From contig OZ243917.1 in assembly GCA_965213815.1 (NCBI GenBank), forward strand, positions 1,694,385 through 1,758,384: DNA of 64,000 nt. The letters run 5' to 3'. Position 1 is the first letter of the stretch. Each line of letters opens with the position of its first letter. The notes below the pieces were generated by a model. The model saw only the letters and a list, made by a program, of their open reading frames with translations, was not told where the DNA came from and made no database searches. This document shows positions 28,979 to 39,359 of this stretch, piece after piece. The stretch is from Alphaproteobacteria bacterium. GTDB taxonomy: Bacteria; Pseudomonadota; Alphaproteobacteria; SP197. Made by a program: the position numbers and the translations under genes.

Positions 28979-30229
28979 ATGGACTACCTGCCGCGAATCG
29001 TCGATGCCGAACTGGCAGAACTTCTTGAGGCTTCCGGAGCGGTACTCATCGAAGGTCCCAAGGCCTGCGGGAAGACAGCGACCGCCATGCGTGTGGCCGA
29101 GAGCACGGTATTGCTGGACGTCGACAACAATGCCCGGCGCATGATCGACGTCGATCCTGCGGTCGTGCTCGAAGGCGACACGCCGCGTCTGATCGATGAA
29201 TGGCAACTGGAGCCGGAACTCTGGAATCATGTTCGCAGGACAGTCGACCGGCGTTCTGATCCCGGCCAATTCATCCTCACTGGCTCTGCGGTTCCCGCGG
29301 ACGATACGACCCGCCATACCGGTGCCGGACGCTTTACCCGACTTCGCATGCGCCCGCTCTCGCTCCATGAGTCGGGACACTCTTCCGGCGAGATGTCACT
29401 GCGACGCCTTCTCGACGGCGAGAGGCAGCGAGCGCAGCGGTCCGATCTTTCGATCGCTTCCATCGCCGAACTCATCTGCGTCGGCGGCTGGCCCGGAAAC
29501 TTCGGCAGGCCCCTGGGCTCGACCCTTCGCATGAACCGGGGTTACCTGGACGAGATCTGCCGCCTGGACATCTCCAGGTTCAGCGAAAGGAAGAGGGATC
29601 CCGTCAAGGTGGCACGCCTTCTGCGGTCGCTGGCCCGGAACGTCGCAACTCCTGCCGCAATGGCGAATCTGGCGCGAGATGTCGGGCGCGACGGCGAAAA
29701 CCTGAAGGTGGATACGGTTGCGGCGTACCTCGAAGCGCTGGAGCGCCTCATGCTTCTGGAAGACCAGCCTGCATGGTCGCCGCACCTGAGGTCGCGCACG
29801 ACGCTTCGGACAAAGCCTGTGAGGCATTTCGTGGATCCTTCGCTGGCCACGGCCGCCTTGCGGGCCACACCTGCACGTCTGACCGCTGATCCGGAGTTCC
29901 TCGGCCTGCTGTTCGAATCCCTGGTCATCCGAGACCTGCGTATCTATGCGCAAGCGGCGGATGCACAGGTCTTTCACTACCGCGAGAAGGAAGGGCTGGA
30001 GGTCGATGCCATCGTTGAAGCAGCGGACGGACGCTGGGCAGCCTTCGAGGTCAAGCTGGGCGATCGTCGGATTGCGGAAGGTGCGAACAATCTGAAAAGG
30101 CTGGCCAGGCGCATGGAGGAGAGCGACCACGAAAAACCATCGGTGCTCGCGGTCATCGTGCCGCGCGGTTATGGCCACGCGGGTATCGAGGACGTGGGAG
30201 TCATCCCGATTGGCGCACTGGGGCCATGA
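28979..30229 (+). CDS. AAA_14 plus DUF4143 ATP-binding protein
   Basis: GPKACGKT, LIDEWQ, LTGS, GGWP, EVDAIV..EVK C-terminus. Confidence 0.88.
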   Translation: MDYLPRIVDAELAELLEASGAVLIEGPKACGKTATAMRVAESTVLLDVDNNARRMIDVDPAVVLEGDTPRLIDEWQLEPELWNHVRRTVDRRSDPGQFILTGSAVPADDTTRHTGAGRFTRLRMRPLSLHESGHSSGEMSLRRLLDGERQRAQRSDLSIASIAELICVGGWPGNFGRPLGSTLRMNRGYLDEICRLDISRFSERKRDPVKVARLLRSLARNVATPAAMANLARDVGRDGENLKVDTVAAYLEALERLMLLEDQPAWSPHLRSRTTLRTKPVRHFVDPSLATAALRATPARLTADPEFLGLLFESLVIRDLRIYAQAADAQVFHYREKEGLEVDAIVEAADGRWAAFEVKLGDRRIAEGANNLKRLARRMEESDHEKPSVLAVIVPRGYGHAGIEDVGVIPIGALGP

Positions 30230-30869
30230 ACGAACCGGAACACGATGACGTTGTCCGGCCCGCGGCGCATTCATGTCAGCTCTTCGACAAGGTTCCGGTG
30301 CTGGCGCTTGACCATGTCACAGTGATGGAGCTGCCACTCCTTGCGCGCGAAGCCGGTGTTGGCGAACCGGATGGTCCCCCATCGCGCAATTGAAACGCAC
30401 CGGAAGGCCGGGACCAGCTGTTGGTGTCGAGCGAACCGTGTCGGCGGATGGTGAAGAACCGGGAACACCGGTGCGAGTGGTTCCCGAGCGACGAGGAGTT
30501 CAGCGGTCTCTCAGCGGGTGCTTGCCGAGGGGAAGGCGGATTGGTCCGGCATCGAGCCGTAGATGCCCGCCGGGCCGGCTCTGGGGCGGCAGAGGGATGC
30601 CATTGAATGCCTGGACGGCCTTGCTTGCACTCGACGCGACTGCTCCCGCCGAGCTGGCGCTCGACGGCTCGGGCGATCAAGCTGCTGCACGCCTCTGCGT
30701 CGAGGTGCCGGACATCGAGGACGTGGCGCAGCGGCTGGGTCTGGCGAGGTGAGTCGTCATCGGCTGACACAGTCTTGCCTGATCGCTCTTCGCCTGGGCT
30801 CAAGTATTCCGTTTCCCACGCCAGCGCCTGCGTCGTTTCGCAGGAGATGCGCTGCCGGTCTTCCAAGCC

Positions 30870-31585
30870 TTGACATTCTGCGCCTTCCAGCGATGCGCCG
30901 GGCAGGCCTTGATGGCTGTCCGCGCCTCATTTGCAGCGCCCGGCCGGCTCGCATCGATCACGCCCTTGTCGAGGGCGCCATCTGGAAACGCCATCTCGCC
31001 GTCGGTGAACTGGAAGAGCTGCGCGAGGCCCCGGCGGCATTGTGCGGTGACTGTTTCGATCCAGGCCTTCTGTCCACCGACGGCCTCGAAGTACCGGCTT
31101 GGCAGGCAGGCGATCAGCTTGGCCGCGAGGTCGGTCCCGTCGCAGCTGATCATCTCGGGAGACGCTTGGCGCCAGTCGACGTTCCGGGCGGAGGCGCCGA
31201 TCATCAGCGTGCCAAGCTTGATCTTCGCCCAGTCGAGGCCGGGCATGGCGATGAGCGTCGAACAGATCGCGCGCCGTGCGCCGTGTGTTTGCCCGCGACG
31301 ATCTCGTGAAGGTCGAGCACGGGGACAGCGTTCGCCCCATAGTCTCCGAGCCCCGGCCGGTCCTCCTCCATGCGCGCCTTCTCGGCCTCGCCGACATGGT
31401 TGACGTCGATATCGACCGACAGGCGGTCGAGCGCACCGTGAAAGACATTGAGCGCCGTGCCGCCCTTGAGAGCAATGCGTGGGGCAATCAGGCTGTCGAG
31501 TAGGCGGATGACGCGCTCCAGCGTCGCCGGCTGGACGTGCCGTTCGGCGGCAGGCCTGCGCAAGGCTTTGGGCCGAGACGTCCAT
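30870..31585 (-). pseudogene. Second AbiEii-family toxin, multiply disrupted
   Basis: LKGGTALN..RLSVDID, LHEIVAGK, ARDLFDA spread over several frames with internal deletions. Confidence 0.8.
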
Positions 31586-32398
31586 TCACGCTCCCTCGAA
31601 GCTTTCCTCGACCGCCTGCGATGGCAGGAGCACGCGCCAGGGCTTGATGAGCAGCGCATCGCCGGGCTTCGCGCCCAGCGCATAATGCTTCGAGCGCGGA
31701 CGCAGGGCGCGCAAACGATCGAGAGCGCTTTCGGGAACGCCCAGGGCTGATTGCCGCCGTTCCAGCCACCAGCCGGCCAGCGAGGCGAGCGAGCGGATGC
31801 CAAGCAGTTCGACATAATCGGCGACCTTTTCCGGATCGAGGTAGCGCACGAGATCGAGCGACTGCAGCACCTCTTCGGCGCCGCCCGCGATGTCCGGCCG
31901 GTGCAGCACGTCGACCGCGGTGCGCTCGATGGCCGTGACCCTTGTGGACACGCCCAGGCGGTCCATGGCAACGGTCAGATAGTCTGTCCTGCCCGCATCA
32001 AGCAGCGCCTTGGGTGGGTTGACGAACCGACACGGGCCAAAGAGCAAATCGGCAAGCTCGGGACGTCCCCGGCTCACGAGTTGGACCTCGTTGAACTCGG
32101 AGTCGGCCGCGCCGTGCAGCTCCAGGGCCGAGTGATATCCCAGCACGCCGTCGGGGCGCAGCTTGCTCGCGGCCAGGAACCGGTCCACTGTCAGGCGCTC
32201 TGCCGACAGGTGTGCCGGCACCGCGGCGAACACCTCCCGGCTCAGCCGCTTGATGTTGCCAGCCTTCAGGTGATGCTTGAGCAGGCTGGTGACGCCCGCC
32301 GAGTTCGCCGGACGGCCGAAAGCGGCAGCGTACTCGGCCCGGGTGAACACCGGGTGGGCCGAGAGAAAGTGCGACGTCTTGTGCGGTCGTGCCGGCAT
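31586..32398 (-). CDS. AbiEi-family type IV antitoxin
   Basis: HPVFT..E wHTH, GYHSALELHG, VTAIERTAVD; TGAATG coupling to the toxin. Confidence 0.82.
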   Translation of the reverse strand: MPARPHKTSHFLSAHPVFTRAEYAAAFGRPANSAGVTSLLKHHLKAGNIKRLSREVFAAVPAHLSAERLTVDRFLAASKLRPDGVLGYHSALELHGAADSEFNEVQLVSRGRPELADLLFGPCRFVNPPKALLDAGRTDYLTVAMDRLGVSTRVTAIERTAVDVLHRPDIAGGAEEVLQSLDLVRYLDPEKVADYVELLGIRSLASLAGWWLERRQSALGVPESALDRLRALRPRSKHYALGAKPGDALLIKPWRVLLPSQAVEESFEGA

Positions 32399-32413
32399 AG
32401 TTATCTTATATTC

Positions 32414-32450
32414 TGCACGGAAATGGGTATTATATATACCTTTCGATGCA
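32414..32450. promoter_or_regulatory. Imperfect inverted repeat upstream of abiEi
   Basis: TGCACGGAAATGGGTAT-TATAT-ATACCTTTCGATGCA. Confidence 0.45.
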
Positions 32451-32815
32451 TGATTATCAACCACCGGCATTCACGACCTCCCTCACTCCCCCGCCTCCGG
32501 TTCCAAACGAGCTGCGCCCGGTCGCCCTCGTCACAGATAACATCATCGTTCTCGCGTCCGGCGACCAGGCTTGCCCGCCGCGAGGGGTATGAGTTGTTTT
32601 TGAATCCGCTGTGGCAGAGCTTCCCGTCCGGTCTTCCGGGCACATCGACGGCCTGCGGAGCGGAGTTCATGCGCTACGGCACTGGGATGGAGGAGTGAGG
32701 CTGCTCGGATGTCGAGGCCGGAGAAGGCTCTGCGGCCCCAATCAAGCGACGCCTCGGGGTTCGGGGGACTCCGACACCGGAACCCCGACGGATTCGAGCC
32801 GTCCCCGTTATCGGT

Positions 32816-33616
32816 TCAACTGGCCATGGAGGGGGCATTGCAGGTCAGCGTGAGTGTGGCCCAGTCTTCCATGATGATGGTGGCGCGCGGTGCGTACCGG
32901 GCCTGGCGATAGGCGTCGAGGATGGGGCCGGACTGGTGTTCGAGAAAGCCGGAGAGGATGACGGTGGCGGCGTTGACGGCGGGGGCCATGTCGATGAGGG
33001 GGCGGGCCAGGATGTTGGCGATGACGAGGTCGAAGGGCGTAGAGGTCAAGGCACTGAAGGCGTTTGCGCAAACGAGGTGGATGCGGCCGGCGATGTCGTT
33101 TGCCGCGATCTGGCCTGCGGCAAAGGAAAGGGCCAGGGGATCGTTGTCGACGGCGACGATGTCGCAGTCCCACAGGCGGGCGGCGGCAAGCGAGAGAATG
33201 GCCGACCCGCATCCCATGTCGAGGACGGTTCGGGGCGGTGTGTCGAGCGCGGCAAGGGCCCGCAGGCACCCGGCGGTGCTCGGGTGTTCGCCGGTCCCGA
33301 AACCGGCCCCGGCCTTCATGCGGATGAGGATCGTGCGGTCGTCTGCCGGGTGGTCGCCATGGACGATGGTGAAAGGTCCGATGACAAGGGGCGGAAAGGA
33401 GCGGATGTTCTCCGTGACCCAGTCCCTGTCGGTGAGTTCCCGGAGGCAGGGCGTGACGCCAAGATGTGCCGCGACGTGACGACGCGCCCGTTCAGCCTCC
33501 TCGCGGCTGGCGAAGAGGGCCTGTACGTGTGTGCCGAAGAGGGAAAGGGCCAGGGGCGCAAGTTCCTCGAGGAGGTCGTGTGCGCCCCGGTGCTCCGCCT
33601 CGAGCTGCCAGGTCAT
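32816..33616 (-). CDS. prmA: 50S ribosomal protein L11 methyltransferase
   Basis: GFGTGEHPST, LDMGCGSAILS, ANILARPL. Confidence 0.9.
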   Translation of the reverse strand: MTWQLEAEHRGAHDLLEELAPLALSLFGTHVQALFASREEAERARRHVAAHLGVTPCLRELTDRDWVTENIRSFPPLVIGPFTIVHGDHPADDRTILIRMKAGAGFGTGEHPSTAGCLRALAALDTPPRTVLDMGCGSAILSLAAARLWDCDIVAVDNDPLALSFAAGQIAANDIAGRIHLVCANAFSALTSTPFDLVIANILARPLIDMAPAVNAATVILSGFLEHQSGPILDAYRQARYAPRATIIMEDWATLTLTCNAPSMAS

Positions 33617-33662
33617 GCCGCCATGGTCTCCTGTGCGCAGCCTTGCCGGGGGACGCTCAGGG

Positions 33663-35870
33663 TCATGCAGGGGTAACGAAGGCCGCCATGATCTTCTTGC
33701 GGCCGGCCTTGTCGAAGGCGATGTCGAGCTTGTCGCCGTCGGCCTTGAGGACACGGCCATAGCCGAATTTCTCGTGGAAGATGCGGGTGTCGGGCTGCGG
33801 CGCCGTCCCGGGGTTGGGCGTGGCGTGCGGGGCAGGTGAGGGAAACTGCTTCTGGCGGCGGGTGAGGGTGCGCGAGAAATGGCTGTCGGTGACGGCCTGG
33901 CCGAATTCGGACTGATCGCGGTAGCCGATGAGCGGGGACTGGTCCAGGTGGATGTGCTCGGTGGGCAGTTCGCCAAGGAAGCGCGACGGCGGGTTGGACA
34001 TGGTCTGGTTGAAGACCCGCCGGTTGGCCGCATGGAAGATGGCGACGCGCCGGCGGGCCCGGGTGAGGGCGACATAGGCGAGGCGGCGTTCCTCCTCGAG
34101 GGCCTTGCTGCCGTTCTCCTCGAGGGCGCGGCGATGGGGAAAGAGGTCCTCCTCCCAGCCGGGCAGGATGACGGTGTCGAATTCCAGTCCCTTGGCCGCA
34201 TGGAGAGTCATGATGCTGATCATGTCGCCGGCGCTGGCGGCATCGCCCTCCGCGACGAGGCTGACATGATCGAGGAACTCGCCGAGGTCGTCGAATTCGG
34301 CCAGGGCACCGACGAGTTCCCTCAGGTTCTCGAGCCTGGCCGGGGCCTGGATGGACTTGTCCTTCTGCCACATCTCTGTATAGCCCGATTCATCGAGAAG
34401 GACGGCGGCCACCTCCGCCGGGGACGTGCGGCTGGCCTCGGCGCGCCAGCGCTCGATGTTGTCGATGAAGGAGGAGAGGGCCCGCCGGCGCGCCGGCGCC
34501 ACGGTGGTGCTGCTGACGACATGGCGCGCGGCGGCAAGCAGGCTGGTGCGTTCCCGTCGCGCATGGTCGTGGAGAGGGGCCAGAGATTTCTCGCCCAGTC
34601 CTCGCCTTGGAAGATTGATGATCCTCTGGAAGGCAAGATCGTCGTCGTCCTGGCGCACCAGACGCAGATAGGCAACCGCATCGCGGATTTCGCGGCGCTC
34701 GTAGAACCTCAGGCCGCCGATGATGCGGTAGGGCACACCCAGGGTGATGAAGCGTTCCTCGAAATGACGCGTCTGGTGGCCGGCCCGCACCAGCACCGCC
34801 ATCTCGTTCAGCAGATGCTTCCTTCTCTGCAGTTCCTCGACCATGGCGCCCACGGCGCGGGCCTCGTCCTCGCCGCTCCACACACCGGTGATGGCGATGG
34901 GCTCCCCGGCGTCGGTATCGCTGCCGGTCCACAGGGTCTTGCCGAGCCGGTCGCGGTTGTGGGCGATCAGGGCGGAAGCCGCCGCAAGGATGCGGGGCGT
35001 CGAGCGGTAGTTGCGCTCGAGGCGTACGATGGTGGCGCCGGGAAAGTCGGTTTCGAACTTGAGGATGTTGCCGACCTCGGCGCCGCGCCAGCCGTAGATC
35101 GACTGATCGTCGTCGCCCACACAGCAGATGTTGCCCGTTCCTCGGGCGAGCAGGCGCAGCCACAGGTACTGGATCGCGTTGGTGTCCTGATACTCGTCGA
35201 CGAGGATGTAGCGGAACCGCCTGTGCCAGGTGTCGAGAACGTCTGGATGATCGAGCAGCAGGCGGTAGGGCTTGAGGAGCAGGTCCCCGAAATCAGCAGC
35301 ATTGAGGGATTCGAGACGCTCCTGATAGGCGCGGTAGAGCACCTGGCCCTTGCCCCGGGCGTAGGCCTGCGCCGCCTCCCCGGGCACCTGGTCGGGGGTC
35401 CATCCCCGGTCCTTCCATTTCTGGATCAGGAACGAGAGCATACGTGGAGGCCAGCGCTTCTCGTCGATGTTGGCCGCCTCGACGAGTTCGCGGGCCAGGC
35501 GGATCTGATCGTCGGTATCGATGATTGTGAACCCCGGCTTGAGGCCCGCGAGTTCCGCGTGGCGGCGCAGCATGCGCGCACCGATCCCGTGAAAGGTGCC
35601 GATCCACAGGCCGGAGGTGGGCTGTTCGATGAGGGCGCTCACCCGTTCGGCCATCTCGCCGGCGGCCTTGTTGGTGAAGGTCACTGCGAGAATCTGCCCT
35701 GGCCAGGCGCCCCCGGTGGCGATGATGTGGGCAAGACGCACCGTCAGGACGCGGGTCTTTCCGGTGCCGGCGCCGGCGAGCACGAGGACCGGCCCGTCAA
35801 GGGCCTCGACCGCCTCGCGCTGCGCCTCGTTGAGGCCGTCGAACAGCGGGTTTGGAGAAGCGTCCTGCAT
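33663..35870 (-). CDS. uvrD: ATP-dependent DNA helicase UvrD/PcrA
   Basis: AGAGTGKT, VDEYQD, LERNYRS, TLHAAKGLEF, EERRLAYVALTRA. Confidence 0.96.
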   Translation of the reverse strand: MQDASPNPLFDGLNEAQREAVEALDGPVLVLAGAGTGKTRVLTVRLAHIIATGGAWPGQILAVTFTNKAAGEMAERVSALIEQPTSGLWIGTFHGIGARMLRRHAELAGLKPGFTIIDTDDQIRLARELVEAANIDEKRWPPRMLSFLIQKWKDRGWTPDQVPGEAAQAYARGKGQVLYRAYQERLESLNAADFGDLLLKPYRLLLDHPDVLDTWHRRFRYILVDEYQDTNAIQYLWLRLLARGTGNICCVGDDDQSIYGWRGAEVGNILKFETDFPGATIVRLERNYRSTPRILAAASALIAHNRDRLGKTLWTGSDTDAGEPIAITGVWSGEDEARAVGAMVEELQRRKHLLNEMAVLVRAGHQTRHFEERFITLGVPYRIIGGLRFYERREIRDAVAYLRLVRQDDDDLAFQRIINLPRRGLGEKSLAPLHDHARRERTSLLAAARHVVSSTTVAPARRRALSSFIDNIERWRAEASRTSPAEVAAVLLDESGYTEMWQKDKSIQAPARLENLRELVGALAEFDDLGEFLDHVSLVAEGDAASAGDMISIMTLHAAKGLEFDTVILPGWEEDLFPHRRALEENGSKALEEERRLAYVALTRARRRVAIFHAANRRVFNQTMSNPPSRFLGELPTEHIHLDQSPLIGYRDQSEFGQAVTDSHFSRTLTRRQKQFPSPAPHATPNPGTAPQPDTRIFHEKFGYGRVLKADGDKLDIAFDKAGRKKIMAAFVTPA

Positions 35871-36025
35871 GGTGGGCCACTCCTATCACAGGTCCGTGGT
35901 CGGGTTCATGGCGGGCATGTGGACAGGTGGATTCACTGGCAAGTGGATGAGTGCCATGATACCGCCCTTGACGGCGTGCCAGGTTTCTCACCGGAACACT
36001 CCGGGCATGAAGGAGACGGACAAGG

Positions 36026-39000
36026 TTGCGCAAGGTCTTCTGGATAGCGGTGGCCCTCGTGGTGGTGGCCCTGGCCGCCGGGGCCGTCTGGCTCCTGACA
36101 TGGGATCTCGAGCGGTACCGTGACGAGGTCGAGGATCAGCTCGAGGCGCTGACCGGCCGTGACGTCACGGTGTCGGGCGACCTCAGTCTGTCGCTCGTTC
36201 CCGATCTCAAGGTGGCGCTGGGCGATGTGACCATCGGGGCGAGGAATGCTCCCTGGCTCAGCTTGCCGGAGGTTCATGCGGTCGTCTCCCTGACGTCGCT
36301 TCTGGCCCTTGATCCTGCCGTCGAGCGAATCAGGGTGGTCGGACCGGTGCTGACCATCGGCGGGCCCGACATGGCCGGTTCCCTCAGCGGCGGCGGGGCG
36401 AGCCCACACACGGCGGTGAGGATCGATGCCATCGAGATCGTCGACGCCACGGTGACCTGGCACAGTGAACTCCATGGCACCCGGATGTTCGAGGGTCTCG
36501 ATCTTGCCATCGAGTCCAAGGGGGTGGACGGCCCCTTCGAGATCACCGGCAGTCTCTCGGGCGATGTCGGGGAGTGGACTGTGGATGCCGCCCTTGGACG
36601 GCTGTCACGGTCGTCCCTGCCGGTGAGTCTCGCCGTCGCGTCGACCGGGGGCGACTCGCTGCGGGCCTCGGGGAGCCTTCATGATTGGAAGAACGACGCC
36701 CGGTTCAGCGGCGCCGTGAGGCTCGATCTTCCGGATCTCGCAAGCCTCGTCGGACTTGCCGGCGCCGAGGCGCTGCCGGCGTCGTTCGATGCCGTGATGG
36801 TGATCTCTGCCGAGACGGTCGAGATCAGCGACCTTGCCCTGCAGCTTGCCGACTCGGCGGTCTTCGGAGCCATCGAGTCCTCGGCGGACCGGCTGGCAGT
36901 CAGCCTGACCTCCAGCAGGCTTGATCTCGATCGCCTCGTTGCCCTGGGCCGTCAGATGGAAAGCGGGCACCCGGCGTTCGCCTGGCTCGACCGCCGTCAT
37001 GTCGCCGTGGACGTCACGGTCGAACATGCTCTCTACCGGGACCGCGCGGCGCGGAAGGTCGAGGTTGTGGCCACGCTGGCCGATGGTGCTCTCGACATCA
37101 GGCGGGCTGCCGCGGTCCTGCCCGGCAACACGCAGGCCCTGGTGACCGGCGTCGCCACCATCAGGGGTGACGTGCCGATCTTTCGCGGTCCCCTTGAAGC
37201 CACGTCGAGCGATATCAGGAACACGCTCGCATGGCTCGGGGTGGATCTCGACGGCATTCCCCGCGACCGGCTGAGGAAGGCCCGGCTGTCGGCGCACTGT
37301 GAGGCGACACCGGGTTCCGCCGTTCTCTCCGACATGGACCTTGTCCTTGATTCATCGCGTGTCACCGGCACGCTCATCAGTCTTTTCGCCGGAAAGGGAA
37401 ACGTCATTGCCGATCTTGCTGTCGATGAACTGGCGCTCGATGCCTATCTTCCAGAGAGCCTGCCGGACATCCTTGCGGACATCGAATGGACCGGGATCGA
37501 TCTCGATGTCAGGAGCGAGGTCGGAACCCTGGTCATGGGCGATGTCGTCGCTACCGGGGTTCATGTTGATGGCGCGCTGAGCCAGGGCGCCATCGCCTTT
37601 CGCCGTCTCGAGGCACGCGATCTTGCCGGCGTCGCCGTCAGTGCTACGGGGAGGATCGAACCGGCGGAGCAGGCCGTGGCGTTCGACGTCGAGGCCGCAG
37701 CGCCCGACATGGCCGCCATCGCCCGTGCCCTGGCCATCAACTCGCCGGTCGATCTGCAGGATCTGGGGGCCGTGGATCTTTCCCTTGCCGTTGAGGGAAC
37801 CTTCGAGGAGATCGACCTCGAGGGCGCTGCGGCGACCGCCGTCGCCGATCTTTCCATCGCCGGCCACCTGACCCGGCCGCTCGCCGGGGCGTCGTTCCGC
37901 GGCGTCATTGGCGTTACCGGAGAAAGCCTTGCGGCCGCTGCCGGCGTTGCCGGGTTTGAAGTGCCGGGCGCCGACGGCGAAGCCTTCACGCTGTCTGCCG
38001 ACATCGAACTGACGCCTCCCGGGCTCAACCTTGCCGTTGCCGCCCGGACCCTGGGCGCTACGCTCGATGCCGAGGGCCGCCTCATGAACGCGGTCCTGGA
38101 AGAAGGCAGCGCCGTTCTAAAGCACGCCAATCCGGTGCGCCTGATGGAACGCTGGGGTCTTGCCGCGAGCGCGGATCTCGAAGGGCCGCTCGACATCGCT
38201 GTTGCGGCCAGCGGATCGCTCGATGAGGGAAGGGCCGTGATCGAGCGGGCCACCCTGGGGGGCTCCTCCATCGAAGGTTCGGCCGCATGGTCCGATGGCA
38301 CGGCCCGACCGCTCGTCACTCTTCATCTCTCCGCGGACACACTTCACCTCGATCACCTTTCCGGCGGGATTGCCGGCGTCATCGGCGATGTGGACGGACG
38401 CCTCGACCTTGCCGCGGACCGCCTCGTCATCGCCGGCATGGCGCTTGATGAGGCTCTTCTTCGGTCCGCGGCCGAAGGCGGTCTGCTTCATCTCGAGACC
38501 CTGTCTGGCTCCCTCTTTGGCGGGACGGTGCTCGTCTCCGGCACCGTCAGTCACGGGCTGCCCCACGAGGTAACCTACTCCCTTGCCCTCGAGGACGTCG
38601 AACTCGCCGAGTTGCTCGCTGACCTGGCGGAGCGGGACACGCTCTCCGGGCGCCTCCACCTTGCGGCCGACGGCACGGCGCGCGGTCTCACGGGCGAGGA
38701 TCTCCTCAAGAGCCTGGCGGGTGAGGGGCAGGTCTCGTTCCAGCGCGGCGCGGTGGAAGGCTTCGATTTTCAGGCGATGTCGGGTCTGCTGACCGATGAG
38801 CGGGAGAGCGTCGCCATTGCCGAGGAGATCGCCCGCGCCACCGGCAGCGGCACGTCCGGCATCATCACGGCCGGCGCCTCCTTCTCCCTCGAGAAGGGTG
38901 TTGCCCGTTCGCAGGATCTCTCCGTCATCTTCAACGGCGCCGAAGGCGTCTACGAGCTCGAGCTCGATCTGCCACGCCGCTGGATCACTCTCGATGGATC

Positions 39001-39334
39001 GGTGCAGCTGACCGGCGGTGCCGGCCTGCCGGCGATTGCCATGACCGTCGCCGGCCCCCTCGACGAGACGGACCTCGTTGTCGATGCCAGGCTGCTCGAG
39101 ACCCATCTCGTGAGCCATCCCGTGCCCCTGCCGGACGACAAGCCAGCCACGCCATCCACCGAGGTGGAACCTGACGCGGCCGATGCCGCCCGGACGCGGG
39201 GCGATGACGGCTCACTGCTTCTGTGGGTCCTGGATGAGGACGCGCCTGCGCCGCCGCCGGTTGCAGTGGACGAGGAACCGATCGGTACGGCGCAGGAAGA
39301 CGACAGCGGCAGCATTCTTCTTCTGCTCGACTGA
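36026..39334 (+). CDS. AsmA family protein
   Basis: N-terminal anchor, DLERYRDEV..LTGRDV..GDL, repeated beta-groove segments, 1102 aa. Confidence 0.85.
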   Translation: MRKVFWIAVALVVVALAAGAVWLLTWDLERYRDEVEDQLEALTGRDVTVSGDLSLSLVPDLKVALGDVTIGARNAPWLSLPEVHAVVSLTSLLALDPAVERIRVVGPVLTIGGPDMAGSLSGGGASPHTAVRIDAIEIVDATVTWHSELHGTRMFEGLDLAIESKGVDGPFEITGSLSGDVGEWTVDAALGRLSRSSLPVSLAVASTGGDSLRASGSLHDWKNDARFSGAVRLDLPDLASLVGLAGAEALPASFDAVMVISAETVEISDLALQLADSAVFGAIESSADRLAVSLTSSRLDLDRLVALGRQMESGHPAFAWLDRRHVAVDVTVEHALYRDRAARKVEVVATLADGALDIRRAAAVLPGNTQALVTGVATIRGDVPIFRGPLEATSSDIRNTLAWLGVDLDGIPRDRLRKARLSAHCEATPGSAVLSDMDLVLDSSRVTGTLISLFAGKGNVIADLAVDELALDAYLPESLPDILADIEWTGIDLDVRSEVGTLVMGDVVATGVHVDGALSQGAIAFRRLEARDLAGVAVSATGRIEPAEQAVAFDVEAAAPDMAAIARALAINSPVDLQDLGAVDLSLAVEGTFEEIDLEGAAATAVADLSIAGHLTRPLAGASFRGVIGVTGESLAAAAGVAGFEVPGADGEAFTLSADIELTPPGLNLAVAARTLGATLDAEGRLMNAVLEEGSAVLKHANPVRLMERWGLAASADLEGPLDIAVAASGSLDEGRAVIERATLGGSSIEGSAAWSDGTARPLVTLHLSADTLHLDHLSGGIAGVIGDVDGRLDLAADRLVIAGMALDEALLRSAAEGGLLHLETLSGSLFGGTVLVSGTVSHGLPHEVTYSLALEDVELAELLADLAERDTLSGRLHLAADGTARGLTGEDLLKSLAGEGQVSFQRGAVEGFDFQAMSGLLTDERESVAIAEEIARATGSGTSGIITAGASFSLEKGVARSQDLSVIFNGAEGVYELELDLPRRWITLDGSVQLTGGAGLPAIAMTVAGPLDETDLVVDARLLETHLVSHPVPLPDDKPATPSTEVEPDAADAARTRGDDGSLLLWVLDEDAPAPPPVAVDEEPIGTAQEDDSGSILLLLD

Positions 39335-39359
39335 GGGTGCTGCCCCGCCCCGCATTATT

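Noticed and set aside
30240-30866. Decayed ORF (RVECK.., RETAELLV.., FANTGFARKEW) as a DarT or Schlafen-like gene
   Set aside because: Motifs are too fragmentary across frames to assign; needs blastx
32740-32810. Two GC-rich hairpins downstream of prmA as an ncRNA
   Set aside because: No family features; more likely terminator-like or REP-like structures
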